DNA from: an uncultured delta proteobacterium
GTDB taxonomy: Bacteria; Myxococcota_A; Polyangia; Fen-1088
Direction: 5' to 3'
Assembly: GCA_963767925.1 (NCBI GenBank)
Contig: CAVYGB010000008.1
Span: forward strand, 2,752,001-2,816,000
DNA length: 64,000 nt
Part shown: positions 1-11,340 of the stretch, in pieces
Layout: each line of letters opens with the position of its first letter
How positions within the stretch are numbered: the first letter of the stretch is position 1
Notes under the pieces: generated by a model
The model's input: the letters and a program-made list of their open reading frames with translations, nothing else
What the model was told of the DNA's origin: nothing
The model's database searches: none
Program-made: the position numbers and the translations under genes

Positions 1-345
1 GACCCCCGCGTAGACCCCGCTGGCGTCGCACTGCCAGACGTCGACGATGGCGCCGGCCAGGGGCTGGCAGCCCTGATCGGCGTCGAAGGTCCGCAGGATC
101 AGGCGTAGCGGCACCCCCGGGCGGATCGAGCCGTCCGAGGGGTCCGAGCGAATGTCGCTGCGTTCGAGCTGCTGGTCGAGGAAATAGGGGCCCTCCGTCT
201 GCTGCGGGCGCAGCAGGCAGGCGCCCGCGGTCTCCCCGCCGGGCCCGCCAGCGGGCACCCCGTGGCCACACCCCGGCCACAGGCCAGCGGCGCCGAGGGC
301 AGCGCCGCCGCGTACCAGGTCCCGTCGCGAGAGCCGCGCCGCCAT
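1..345 (-). CDS. Tat-exported intradiol ring-cleavage dioxygenase-like protein (3' end outside window)
   Basis: Not in the ORF track; translated by hand from ATG 345: MAARLSRRDLVRGG (twin-Arg)...CLLRPQQTEGPYF..RSDIR...GVPLRL...PLAGAIVDVWQCDASGVY, typical intradiol dioxygenase-like motifs. Confidence 0.85.
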   Translation of the reverse strand, partial: MAARLSRRDLVRGGAALGAAGLWPGCGHGVPAGGPGGETAGACLLRPQQTEGPYFLDQQLERSDIRSDPSDGSIRPGVPLRLILRTFDADQGCQPLAGAIVDVWQCDASGVYAGV

Positions 346-408
346 GCCCACGTGTCGACCGGAGTCTGCTTTTTTGATAACCGGTTCCCTCGCTGCGCTC
401 GGGCCCGG

Positions 409-840
409 CTAGCCCCCAGGGCCGTCGGCCATGATGTAGCCCTCGAGGCTGTCCACCTTCAGCTCGAGGTCGTTCATGAGGTCGTAAAGCAAATAGCGGA
501 GCGCGACCAGCCCCAGCAGGTCGCCGTGCTCGTCGACAACCGCGAGGTGGCGGATGTGCCGCTCGCGCATGATCGCCGCCGCCTGGGCCACCGAGGTCGA
601 GTTGGGGACCGTCTCCACGGGCCGGGACATGACCTCGCGGATGGGGGTCGTGCTGGCGTCCAGCCCGGGATGCACCACGCGTTTCATGAGGTCGCGCTCG
701 GTGAAGATGCCGGCGATCCGGCGCCCTGAGGTCACCGCGATCGCTCCCACCTGAGCTTCAATCATCACGCGCACAGCCTCCCTGACCGATACGTCAGGCG
801 AAACCTCGGGCGTTTCCTGAGCCAGCCGCATCAAACCCAT
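409..840 (-). CDS. CBS-domain (tandem pair) protein
   Basis: VREAVRVM..GIFTERDL..IREVMS..M.ERHIRHLAVVD; ATG 840 preceded by GGAGG. Confidence 0.85.
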   Translation of the reverse strand: MGLMRLAQETPEVSPDVSVREAVRVMIEAQVGAIAVTSGRRIAGIFTERDLMKRVVHPGLDASTTPIREVMSRPVETVPNSTSVAQAAAIMRERHIRHLAVVDEHGDLLGLVALRYLLYDLMNDLELKVDSLEGYIMADGPGG

Positions 841-939
841 GGCCACCTCCACCGGGCAGTCTACCTGTCCGGGAACGCCCGCCAACAGGAACCCGTTTAG
901 CCCCTGAATTGTGTGGCCGACGCCGCGCGCGATGAGGGT

Positions 940-1488
940 CTACGAGGTCGGGGCTGTTCCCGAGAAATGGGGCACGGAGTGGACGACGTAGTGCCGGCGG
1001 GTCCATTCGGCCATGGCGATCCCGGCCGCCACCGTGACCGGAAAGGAGTGGTTGATGCCGTACATCGGGATGGCCACCACCTCGTCGGCCGCCTCGATCA
1101 GGCTGGGGGGCACGCCGTGGGTCTCGCTGCCGAACACCATCAGACATTGCTCGGGCAGTCGGGCCCGCCACAGATCTACCGCCGCCTGCTCGCGCTCGAA
1201 CACCGCCAGCGGCAGCTCGCGCGCGCGGGCCCAGGCGATCAGCTCGCCCTCGTCGGCCAGGTTCACGATGTTCTCGTACCGCTCCATGCCCATCGACGCC
1301 CGCTCGTAGTAGGGCTCGTCGCCCACCAGCACGATGTCGCGCACGAGGAAGGAGTGGGCAGTGCGGATGATGGCCCCCACGTTGAAGGGGTTGTGCGATC
1401 GCAGAACCGCGATGCTGAGCGGCCGCCGGATCCGGTCGAGGCTGGCCCGGATCTCCTCGGCGGGCAGCTCGAAGGCGGGGATCTTCAT
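940..1488 (-). CDS. TrmH/SpoU family RNA methyltransferase
   Basis: NPFNVGAIIRTA, VFGSETHGV, IPMYGINHSFPVTVAAGI SPOUT motifs; start trimmed to MKIPAF. Confidence 0.85.
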   Translation of the reverse strand: MKIPAFELPAEEIRASLDRIRRPLSIAVLRSHNPFNVGAIIRTAHSFLVRDIVLVGDEPYYERASMGMERYENIVNLADEGELIAWARARELPLAVFEREQAAVDLWRARLPEQCLMVFGSETHGVPPSLIEAADEVVAIPMYGINHSFPVTVAAGIAMAEWTRRHYVVHSVPHFSGTAPTS

Positions 1489-1958
1489 TTGCGCCAGGCC
1501 CGGAAAAGCAGGCTGCCCAGCACCCCGGCCAGCGCCCCCAGGATCAGCACCCACCAGAACCAGCCGCGGCGGCTGACGACGGTGCCCGGCGGCTGGGAGG
1601 GGGTGAGCTGGGCGCTCGCCATGCCGACGATGCGGGCCTGCATCCGGGTGGCCAGGCCGTTGGCGGGCTCCCGATCGAGGTGGCTCCGGTACATCCGGCC
1701 GGCGGCGGGCAGCCGCCCCACCGTCGAGCAGTGCTTGACGAAGGTGTCGTGGCGGGCCTCGTCGTCCCAGCGCTCGACCAGCTCGGCCCACAGCCGCTGC
1801 CCCTGCTCGTCGAGGGGCTGCAGGGGAGCCGCCCGATCCGGCGACCAGCGCGCGAACATCAGGCCACAGCGGGCGCAGGTCTCGGCGCCCGGGTCGCGCA
1901 GGCGGCCGCACTTGGGGCAATCGGACTGGGTTCCCTGCTCGGTCGGCGTCTCGGTCAT
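1485..1958 (-). CDS. Hypothetical protein with N-terminal Zn-ribbon (CPKC...CARC) and C-terminal TM anchor
   Basis: C-terminal 157 aa of ORF 1485..3029; 4-nt overlaps with both neighbours. Confidence 0.7.
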   Translation of the reverse strand: MTETPTEQGTQSDCPKCGRLRDPGAETCARCGLMFARWSPDRAAPLQPLDEQGQRLWAELVERWDDEARHDTFVKHCSTVGRLPAAGRMYRSHLDREPANGLATRMQARIVGMASAQLTPSQPPGTVVSRRGWFWWVLILGALAGVLGSLLFRAWRK

Positions 1959-2974
1959 GGCGGGGCTCCCGCGGTAGGCGGCGCGGCGGCGCCGATGCTG
2001 TAACGAAGGGGCACGGGCATGAAGATCAGGACGAAGGAGATCGCCACCACCCAGAACAGGGCGATCCGGCTGCGCGGCAGCGGGGTGTAGTCGTCGACCG
2101 GCGGATGGTCCATCCCCCGGGCCATGCGCCCGAGCAGGGCCAGCAGCACGTACCAGACCAGCCAGGCCAGGGCGGCGTTGATGGCGATCAGGAAGGGGGT
2201 CAACCCCTCGGGCAGCGCCTGGCCGCCCGCCTCTCGCTGGGCCAGGCGGTACACCCAGCCGAAGGCCACGAGCGACATCCAGGGCAAGGCCTGGTGGATC
2301 ACCCGGGCGATGCGCCGGTAGCGGTTGCCGAAGTAGGCGGTGGCGATGTGGCCCCCGTCGAGCTGGCCGATGGGCAGCAGGTTGATCATCGTGACGAACA
2401 GGCCGGCCCAGCCCGCCCAGGCCGTCGGATGCAAGATCACGTCGCGGCCGCCGCTCGGCAGCCAGGCGCCCTTCACCGCGTATTTCAGGCTGGCGTAGAG
2501 GAGGGAGTTGCCCTCCTGCATGCCGACGCCGTTGAGCAGCTTCACCTCCGAGAGGTAAAGGCCGTAGGCCAGCACCGGGATGGCCACAACCAGCCCGGCC
2601 AGGGGCCCGGCCGCGCCGATGTCGATCAGCTTGCGGCGGTCGGTGGTGCCGGCCTGGGTGATGACGGCGCCCATGGTGCCGAACAGCCCGAACCCGGGCG
2701 GCAGGGGGATGAAGTAGGGCAGCGAGGCGGGCACCCCGTGCCGGCGGGCCGCGAAGTAGTGCCCGAACTCGTGGCACACGAGGATGGCCAGGAGGGGCAG
2801 GGAATAGGAGAGCCCGTCCTCGAGGGGGAACAGCGAGCGCGGGTGCACGAAGAGGGCCCCGGTCGCGGTGGTGGTGAACAGGGTGACCACGAACAGCAGC
2901 AGGTGCAGCCACAGCCGCGGGGGAGGCTCGTCGAAAGCCGTCGGTTCGGGGGTCGAGGTGTCCCGCTCGTTCAT
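1955..2974 (-). CDS. Site-2 protease (M50 family) membrane metalloprotease
   Basis: HEFGH, AAGPLAG, NLLPIGQLDGGH motifs; multiple TM segments. Confidence 0.92.
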   Translation of the reverse strand: MNERDTSTPEPTAFDEPPPRLWLHLLLFVVTLFTTTATGALFVHPRSLFPLEDGLSYSLPLLAILVCHEFGHYFAARRHGVPASLPYFIPLPPGFGLFGTMGAVITQAGTTDRRKLIDIGAAGPLAGLVVAIPVLAYGLYLSEVKLLNGVGMQEGNSLLYASLKYAVKGAWLPSGGRDVILHPTAWAGWAGLFVTMINLLPIGQLDGGHIATAYFGNRYRRIARVIHQALPWMSLVAFGWVYRLAQREAGGQALPEGLTPFLIAINAALAWLVWYVLLALLGRMARGMDHPPVDDYTPLPRSRIALFWVVAISFVLIFMPVPLRYSIGAAAPPTAGAPP

Positions 2975-4098
2975 CGTTTTCGCTTCCCCGACTCCCGCAA
3001 TTCGGCCGGCTCGGTCCCTGATGATACAACGAGTTTTCGAAAGGCCTCCCGACGCGGCAGCGCGTCCACCGGCAAGCTGGCCTCCAGCCGCCCGAGCAGC
3101 GCGCGGACCTCCGCCGGCAGCACGGTGGGCGTCTCGATGACCACCCGCACGTGGGCGTCCCCCCGCGGCAGACCCCCGGCCCGGGGCAGGCCTTTGCCCC
3201 GCAGGCGAAACACCGCGCCCGACTGGGTCCCCGGCGGGACCTTCATCCGCACGGTCGTGTCGAGCAGGGGCACCTCCACCTCCGCCCCCAGGGCGGCCTC
3301 GGTCGGCGACACCGGCAGCTCACACACGAGGAGACCGGCTTCTTCCCGGTAGAACTCGTGCGGCCGCACCCGGACGTTGACGTAGAGATCGCCCGCGGGC
3401 CCGCCCCGCCGGCCCGGCGAGCCCTCGCCCGCCACCCGCTGCACGCTGCCGGCCACCGACCCGGGCGGGACCCGGACCTGGTAGTCCTTGTCCCGCTCGA
3501 TGAGGCCGGTGCCGCCGCAGGTCCGGCAGCGCGAGCGGGGAACCTCCCCCGCGCCGCCGCAGGCCAGGCACTCCCGCCGGGCCGAGAAGAACCCGGTCCG
3601 CTGCCGGGTGAACCCCTTGCCCGCGCACTTGTTGCAGCCGATGAGCCCGGCCGCCCCCCCCTCGGCGCCGGTGCCGCTGCAAGCCCCGCAGTCCTCCTGG
3701 CGGGTGAAGCGGATGCCCTTTTCGCAGCCGATGGCCGCCTCGGTGAACTCGAGCTCGAGGGTGTAGCGCAGGTCCTGGCCGGCCGCCTTCTTGCGCCCCA
3801 GCCCGAACAGGTCGCCGAAGATGGCGTCGAAGAAGTCGGTCGCGCTCTCGAGATCGGTGCCCACCCCGAAGGCCACGTCGGCGGCCTGGCCGAACCGGTC
3901 GTAGCGGGCGCGCTTGTCCTCGTCGCCCAGCACGGCGTAGGCCAGCGAGACTTCCTTGAAGCGCTCCTCGGCCCGCCGGTCGCCCTGGTTGCGGTCGGGG
4001 TGGAACTTCAGGGCGAGCTTGCGGTAGGCGGCCTTGATCTCGGGCGTGGAGGCAGAGCGCTCGACCCCGAGCACGCCATAGTGATCACCTTGCGCCAT
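2971..4098 (-). CDS. dnaJ: Chaperone DnaJ
   Basis: J-domain HPD, four CxxCxGxG repeats, C-terminal domain; follows dnaK. Confidence 0.95.
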   Translation of the reverse strand: MAQGDHYGVLGVERSASTPEIKAAYRKLALKFHPDRNQGDRRAEERFKEVSLAYAVLGDEDKRARYDRFGQAADVAFGVGTDLESATDFFDAIFGDLFGLGRKKAAGQDLRYTLELEFTEAAIGCEKGIRFTRQEDCGACSGTGAEGGAAGLIGCNKCAGKGFTRQRTGFFSARRECLACGGAGEVPRSRCRTCGGTGLIERDKDYQVRVPPGSVAGSVQRVAGEGSPGRRGGPAGDLYVNVRVRPHEFYREEAGLLVCELPVSPTEAALGAEVEVPLLDTTVRMKVPPGTQSGAVFRLRGKGLPRAGGLPRGDAHVRVVIETPTVLPAEVRALLGRLEASLPVDALPRREAFRKLVVSSGTEPAELRESGKRKR

Positions 4099-4129
4099 GG
4101 CCAGGCCGTCGCCGGTCGCGCCGACGTGG

Positions 4130-5941
<1,812 letters not shown>

Positions 5942-5950
5942 GGTGAACGA

Positions 5951-6583
5951 TCAAGCCTTGTCGGATCCGTCCGCTTCCGCCGAGCCGTTGGCCTGGGGGG
6001 GAGTGGCCGGAGCCGGCGCCACCGCCACCACGACCATCGCCGGGCGGAGCAGGCGCTCGCCGATGCGGTAACCCTTCTGCACCTCGCTGAGCACCGATCC
6101 CGGAGGGGCGTCGCTGCTGGGCACCTGGGAGATGGCGTCGTGCAGGCGGGGATCGAAGGGCTGTCCCTTGGCCTCCAGGGGCTTGACGTCGTACCGCTCG
6201 AGCTTGCTCTGGAACAGGCGCAGGACCAGGGCCACCCCCTGCTCCAGGGCCTTGACGTCGGAGGCCCCCTCGACGGCGGCCGACGCCCGCTCGAGGTTGT
6301 CGGCCACCTCCAGCAGGTCCTTCAGCACGGCCTCCCGCGCCTTGTTCTCGCTATCCGTCTGCTCTCGGCGGACCCGTTTCTTGTAGTTGTCGAACTCGGC
6401 CGCGATGCGGAGCATCCGATCGCGCATCTCCACCCGTTCGGCCTCCAGGGCGACGATCTGGGCCTGGGGATCCCGCTCGCGGCGGGGCTCGCTGGCAGGC
6501 GGGGGCACGGCCACTGGCCCGCGGCCCTCTTCGGGGCCTGCGCCCTCCCCTTCGACGTCCGGATGCTCTTGGTTTTCGCTCAT
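5951..6583 (-). CDS. grpE: Nucleotide exchange factor GrpE
   Basis: AEFDNYKKR, FDPRLHDA, QKGYRIGERLLRPAMVVV; start at MSENQ. Confidence 0.95.
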   Translation of the reverse strand: MSENQEHPDVEGEGAGPEEGRGPVAVPPPASEPRRERDPQAQIVALEAERVEMRDRMLRIAAEFDNYKKRVRREQTDSENKAREAVLKDLLEVADNLERASAAVEGASDVKALEQGVALVLRLFQSKLERYDVKPLEAKGQPFDPRLHDAISQVPSSDAPPGSVLSEVQKGYRIGERLLRPAMVVVAVAPAPATPPQANGSAEADGSDKA

Positions 6584-6644
6584 GTCCGAGGAGCTTATTT
6601 TCGCACAGCCTGGCCGACAACTCTGCAAATCGGCCGGTGGCTCC

Positions 6645-7676
6645 CTATAACTTCGGTAGAGCCTCTGTAATCACCTCGGCGGTGAAGTCAACCAAAGGGA
6701 TGACCTTGGAGTAGTTCATGCGCGAGGGACCGATGACCCCGATGGTGCCGAGGGGACGCCCCTCCCCACCATAGGTGGCGGCTACCACCGAGATGTCGGT
6801 GAGGTCGGGTAGGTTGGCTTCCGCCCCGATGAACACGCAGATGCCCGGCGCGGACAGGGTGCGGTCGAGCAGCCGGACCAGGAGGTCCTTCTCCTCCAGG
6901 GCCCGCATCACCCGCTTGGCCCGGTCGACGTCTTCGGTGCCGGTCAGGAGGTTGGACTGCCCGTCCACCAGCAGCACGCTGCCCGCGACCTCGGCAGGAA
7001 CGGCGGCGGCGGCCAGCTCGAGGGCCCGGGCCAGCACCTGATTGTTGGCGATCTTGTCGTCCTCGATCTCCTTGGCGATGCGGGTCCGCATCTCGGAGAG
7101 GGTGAGCCCCGCCACCAGGGTGTTGAGGTAGTTGTTGACCTGGTCGAGATCGCTGCCCGACAGGGAGAACTCGGTGGTGACGAGCTTGTTCTGGATCTGC
7201 CCGCTGGCCGTCGCGATGACGGCGAGCAGGGTGTTCTCCCGCAGCTTGACGAACTCCAGGTGGGAGATGGCGTCGTTCTCGGGGCGCGGCGCCTGCACCA
7301 CCACCGCGAGGTGAGACAGCTCGCGCAGCACCCGGGTGGTACGCTGCATGACCACGTCCTGGAGGTCGGAGGGGGCCACCGCCAGCCGCTCGCGGATGCC
7401 CTCCTTCTCGGTCTGCGAGAGGCTCCGCACGCGCAGCAGGGTGTCCACGTAGTAGCGCAAACCCCGATCGGTCGGGATCCGTCCGGCCGATGTGTGCAGG
7501 TGTCGGAGCAGGCCCTGGTCCTCGAGGTCGCTCATCACCGTGCGTACGGTGGCCGGCGACACGTCGACGCCGTAGCGGCGGGTGACCGTCTCGGAGCCGA
7601 CAGCTTCGCCGGTCGCCAGGTATTCGGACACCACGGCGTGCAAGATTCTCTTCGCCCGAGCGCCGATGTCCGTCAC
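6645..7676 (-). CDS. hrcA: Heat-inducible transcription repressor HrcA
   Basis: SPATVRTVMSDLE, HTSAGRIPTDRG, GVIGPSRMNY; upstream of grpE-dnaK. Confidence 0.95.
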   Translation of the reverse strand: MTDIGARAKRILHAVVSEYLATGEAVGSETVTRRYGVDVSPATVRTVMSDLEDQGLLRHLHTSAGRIPTDRGLRYYVDTLLRVRSLSQTEKEGIRERLAVAPSDLQDVVMQRTTRVLRELSHLAVVVQAPRPENDAISHLEFVKLRENTLLAVIATASGQIQNKLVTTEFSLSGSDLDQVNNYLNTLVAGLTLSEMRTRIAKEIEDDKIANNQVLARALELAAAAVPAEVAGSVLLVDGQSNLLTGTEDVDRAKRVMRALEEKDLLVRLLDRTLSAPGICVFIGAEANLPDLTDISVVAATYGGEGRPLGTIGVIGPSRMNYSKVIPLVDFTAEVITEALPKL

Positions 7677-8950
7677 AAGTTGTTGTATTTACCGTATTTG
7701 GCCGGCTGCAGCCACAGCCTGGCGGCCACTTCGTCGGCGAACAGGACACCTTCGTCGGAAAGACGCAGGACCTGGGGCGTCACGTCCAGCCAGCCGCTCG
7801 CCCGGCAACGCTCGGCCTCCCGGCTCCGCTCGGCGCTCTCCAGCGGGTCGGCGCCGAAGCGGCGGCGGTGCGCCTCCCGGTCGATACCGTCGCCAGTCCG
7901 CAGGCCGAGCCAGAGGGCCTCGTTCTCCAGATCGGCCGATGTCCGGCGCTCCACCTTGGCGGGCCGGGGTCCCCCGGCGCGGGCGGCCCCCCGCAGATAG
8001 GTCTCCGTGCTGCGCGGATTGGAGAAGCGCCAGCCGCTGCCGTCGGTGAGGGGCCGGAACGAGGCGGCGGAGGCGCCCACCCCCAGGTACGAGGCCTGGG
8101 TCCAGTAGAGCTGGTTGTGGACGGCACGGAAGCCGTCGCGGGCGTGGCTCGAGATCTCGTAGGCCCGGTAGCCCGCGTCGGCCAGGGCTCGTTTGCCCCA
8201 GCGAAACATCTCCGCCGCCACCTCGTCGTCGGGCCGCTCGAGCCGCCCCCGGCGGTTCAGCGAGGCATAGGCGGTCCCCGGCTCGACGGTGAGCGCGTAG
8301 GCCGAGACGTGCTCGGGGCCGAGGGCGACCAGCTCCTCCACCGATCGCTGCCACAGCGTCATCGTCTGGCCCGGCACGGCGAACATCAGGTCGCAGGTCA
8401 GGTTGGCAAAGCCCGCCCGCCGGGCGGCCTGAAACGCGGTGCGGGCGGCGGCGGCCCCGTGGTTGCGGCCCAGCCGCGTCAGCAGCCCGTCGTCGAGGGA
8501 CTGCACCCCCAGGGAGATCCGGTTGACCCCCGCCGCCGCCAGGGCCACGAACCGCGCCTCGTCCACCTCGCCCGGGTTGGCCTCGACGGTGATCTCCAGG
8601 CTGGCGGCGGGTCCGGCCTGGAAGCAGCGGCGCACGGTCTCGATGACCCGGCCGATCTGGGCCGGAAGCCACAACCCGGGGGTCCCGCCCCCGAAGTAGA
8701 GGCTGCGCAGGGCCGGGAGGGTCCCGCCGCCCCCTCCGAACCAGCTCGCCCGGGCCTCGATCTCGCCGATCACGGCGTCGGCGTAGGCGACGTGGGGGAT
8801 GTCGCTGCGCACGTCGACGGCGAAGTCGCAGTAGGGGCAACGCACGCCGCAGAACGGATAGTGGACGTACACACCGAGCGGGCGCGTCGCATCGAGCTCA
8901 CCGGCGTTCGGATCTTCCACGTCCGACAGGGTAGATTCCGGCGCTCGCAT
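7673..8950 (-). CDS. hemW: Radical SAM heme chaperone HemW (start ATG 8950 or GTG 8920)
   Basis: YVHYPFCGVRCPYCDF, YFGGGTP, HNQLYW; usual hemW-hrcA synteny. Confidence 0.9.
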   Translation of the reverse strand: MRAPESTLSDVEDPNAGELDATRPLGVYVHYPFCGVRCPYCDFAVDVRSDIPHVAYADAVIGEIEARASWFGGGGGTLPALRSLYFGGGTPGLWLPAQIGRVIETVRRCFQAGPAASLEITVEANPGEVDEARFVALAAAGVNRISLGVQSLDDGLLTRLGRNHGAAAARTAFQAARRAGFANLTCDLMFAVPGQTMTLWQRSVEELVALGPEHVSAYALTVEPGTAYASLNRRGRLERPDDEVAAEMFRWGKRALADAGYRAYEISSHARDGFRAVHNQLYWTQASYLGVGASAASFRPLTDGSGWRFSNPRSTETYLRGAARAGGPRPAKVERRTSADLENEALWLGLRTGDGIDREAHRRRFGADPLESAERSREAERCRASGWLDVTPQVLRLSDEGVLFADEVAARLWLQPAKYGKYNNL

Positions 8951-10121
8951 GATCTACCTGGACCACGCTGCTTCCACGCCTCCGGCGCCCGAAGCCCTCG
9001 AGGCCATGACGCAGGTGGCCCGGGACCACTTCGCCAATCCCTCCTCGGCGCACGCCTTCGGCGCCGCCGCCGCCCGCCTGCTCGAGCAGGCCCGCGAGGA
9101 GGTGGCCACCTGGCTGGGGGCTCGCCCGGCCGAGATCCTCTTCGTGAGCGGAGGGACCGAGGCCAACGCGCTCGCTGTCCTCGGCGCCGCCGCCGCGGGC
9201 CGGGGGCGCCACCTGGTGACAACCGCCATCGAGCACCCGGCGGTGCTGCGCTCGATCGAGCTGCTGGCCGGGCGCGGCTTCGAGGTGACCCGGGTGGCCC
9301 CCGCCGGAGATGGCCGGGTGCGGGCCGCCGACGTGCTGGCGGCGGTGCGGCCCGACACCGCCCTGTGCGCGGTCATGCTGGTCAACAACGAGCTCGGCAC
9401 CCTCCAGCCGGTGGCCGAGATCGCGGCCGGGCTCCGGGCGGCCGGCGCGCGGGCCCAGCTCCACTGCGACGCCGTCCAGGCGGCCGGGCTGGTCGCCCTC
9501 GACGTGCGCGAGCTGGGGGTCGATACCCTGGCGGTCTCGGCCCACAAGCTGCACGGTCCCCGGGGGGCGGGCGCCCTCTGGGTGCGCCCGGGGGCGCGGC
9601 TGGCGCCGCTCTGGGAGGGTGGCCGCCAGGAGCGCGGTCTGCGCTCGGGGACGGAGAACCTGCCGGCGCTGGTCGGCTTCGCCCGGGCCGCCACCCTGGC
9701 TCGATCCACGCGCGAGGGGGCGGCCCTGCTCGCCGGTCGGCGCGATCGGCTGGAGCAGGAGATCGCCGCCCGCCTGCCCCGATCCAGCCCCACCGTTCCG
9801 GCGGGCACCCCCCGGGCGCCCCACATCGCCAGCGTGCGGCTGCCCGGCCTGCCGGCCGAGCCCATCCTGCACGCCCTCGAGGCCCGTGGCGTCCAGGCCT
9901 CGGCCGGATCGGCCTGCGCGACCCGCACGCGCGGGCCCAGCCACGTGCTGCAGGCCATCGGCGTGAGCGAAGACGCGGCCGTGCTGCGCTTCTCGCTCGC
10001 CCGCACCACCACCGACGAGGAGGTGGTGGCCGCCGCCCGCGCGCTGGCCGAGGCGGTCGAGGAGGTGGCGGCGGTCGCCCAGACGTTTGCGGGCCGCGCC
10101 CGGAGAGGACAGTCCCGATGA
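8949..10121 (+). CDS. PLP-dependent cysteine desulfurase (IscS/NifZ type)
   Basis: [24 protein letters not shown] (PLP Lys), RSGTEN, SAGSAC (catalytic Cys). Confidence 0.93.
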   Translation: MIYLDHAASTPPAPEALEAMTQVARDHFANPSSAHAFGAAAARLLEQAREEVATWLGARPAEILFVSGGTEANALAVLGAAAAGRGRHLVTTAIEHPAVLRSIELLAGRGFEVTRVAPAGDGRVRAADVLAAVRPDTALCAVMLVNNELGTLQPVAEIAAGLRAAGARAQLHCDAVQAAGLVALDVRELGVDTLAVSAHKLHGPRGAGALWVRPGARLAPLWEGGRQERGLRSGTENLPALVGFARAATLARSTREGAALLAGRRDRLEQEIAARLPRSSPTVPAGTPRAPHIASVRLPGLPAEPILHALEARGVQASAGSACATRTRGPSHVLQAIGVSEDAAVLRFSLARTTTDEEVVAAARALAEAVEEVAAVAQTFAGRARRGQSR

Positions 10122-11317
10122 GCAACCCCATCATCCTGTGTCGGTTCGGCGAGCTGTTCCTCAAGCTGGGGAATCGCCCGCGCTTCGAGCAGCAGCTCCA
10201 GGGCAACATCCGGACGGCCCTGGCCGGACTGCCCGGAGTCGCCATCACGGCCCCCCACGGGCGGGTGCTCGTGCGCGCCACCGACGACACGCTGGCCGAG
10301 GCCTGCGCCCGCCTCGAGCGGGTGTTCGGCCTGGTCTCGATCTCGCCCGGGCGCGAGGTGCTGCCCGACATCGAGGCGATCTCCGCCGCCGCCCTCCTGG
10401 CGGCCGGGACCGCCCTCGAGCGCAATCCCGCCCTCCGGCGCAGCTTCCGCATCGAGGCCCGGCGCTCGGACAAGCGCTTCCCCCTCTCCTCCCAGGAGAT
10501 CGGCGTGCGCCTGGGCGCCGAGGTCAACCAGGCCACCGGCGTCCCGGTCGACCTGGAGAACCCGGCCCTGGTGGTGGGCGTCGAGGTGGGGCGCGAGGCG
10601 GCCTACGTCTTCGTCGAGACACGGGCGGCCCCCGGCGGCCTGCCGGTCGGCAGCTCGGGGAACGCGCTGCTGCTGCTGTCGGGAGGCATCGATTCGCCGG
10701 TGGCCGGCTGGCTGGCGGCCAAGCGCGGCCTCACGCTCGAGGGGATCTACTTTCACTCCCCGCCCTTCGTCGGGGAGAAGTCGCGGGACAAGGTGCTCTC
10801 GCTGGCCCGCGCCCTCGGCCGCTGGCAGGCCCTGCGCGCGCTGCACATCGTGCATTTCACCGACACCCAGAAGCGCCTGCGCGAGGCCGGCCCGGCCGAG
10901 CTGGCGGTGGTGCTCTACCGCCGCATGATGATGCGGGCCGCGGATCCGATCGCCGACCACATCCGGGCGCCGGCCCTGGTCACCGGGGAGAACCTCGGGC
11001 AGGTGGCCAGCCAGACCCTGGTCAACCTCGGCACCATCGAGGCGGCCGCCCGCCGGATCGTGCTGCGCCCGCTCGTGACCTACGACAAGCAGGAGACGGT
11101 CGCTCTGGCCCGCCGCATCGGAACCTACGACCTCTCGATCCTCCCCTACGACGACTGCTGCTCCCTGTTCGTCCCCCCCCACCCCGCCACGAGCGCCCGC
11201 CTGGCCGAGGTCGAGCGGGCCGAGGCGAGCCTGGACCTGGCGGCCGAGGCGACAGCCCTGGCCGCCTCGGTCGAAACGGTCTCCCTGAGCGGGTCGTCCA
11301 CCCCTCACGCCGGGTAG
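10118..11317 (+). CDS. thiI: tRNA 4-thiouridine synthase ThiI (THUMP + PP-loop, no rhodanese domain)
   Basis: [37 protein letters not shown] overlaps the desulfurase stop. Confidence 0.93.
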   Translation: MSNPIILCRFGELFLKLGNRPRFEQQLQGNIRTALAGLPGVAITAPHGRVLVRATDDTLAEACARLERVFGLVSISPGREVLPDIEAISAAALLAAGTALERNPALRRSFRIEARRSDKRFPLSSQEIGVRLGAEVNQATGVPVDLENPALVVGVEVGREAAYVFVETRAAPGGLPVGSSGNALLLLSGGIDSPVAGWLAAKRGLTLEGIYFHSPPFVGEKSRDKVLSLARALGRWQALRALHIVHFTDTQKRLREAGPAELAVVLYRRMMMRAADPIADHIRAPALVTGENLGQVASQTLVNLGTIEAAARRIVLRPLVTYDKQETVALARRIGTYDLSILPYDDCCSLFVPPHPATSARLAEVERAEASLDLAAEATALAASVETVSLSGSSTPHAG

Positions 11318-11327
11318 TGAACTTGGT

Positions 11328-11333
11328 TATACT
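11328..11333 (+). promoter_or_regulatory. Putative -10 element (TATACT) 7 nt before larE GTG
   Basis: TATACT-gccggac-GTG; no Shine-Dalgarno sequence. Confidence 0.45.
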
Positions 11334-11340
11334 GCCGGAC

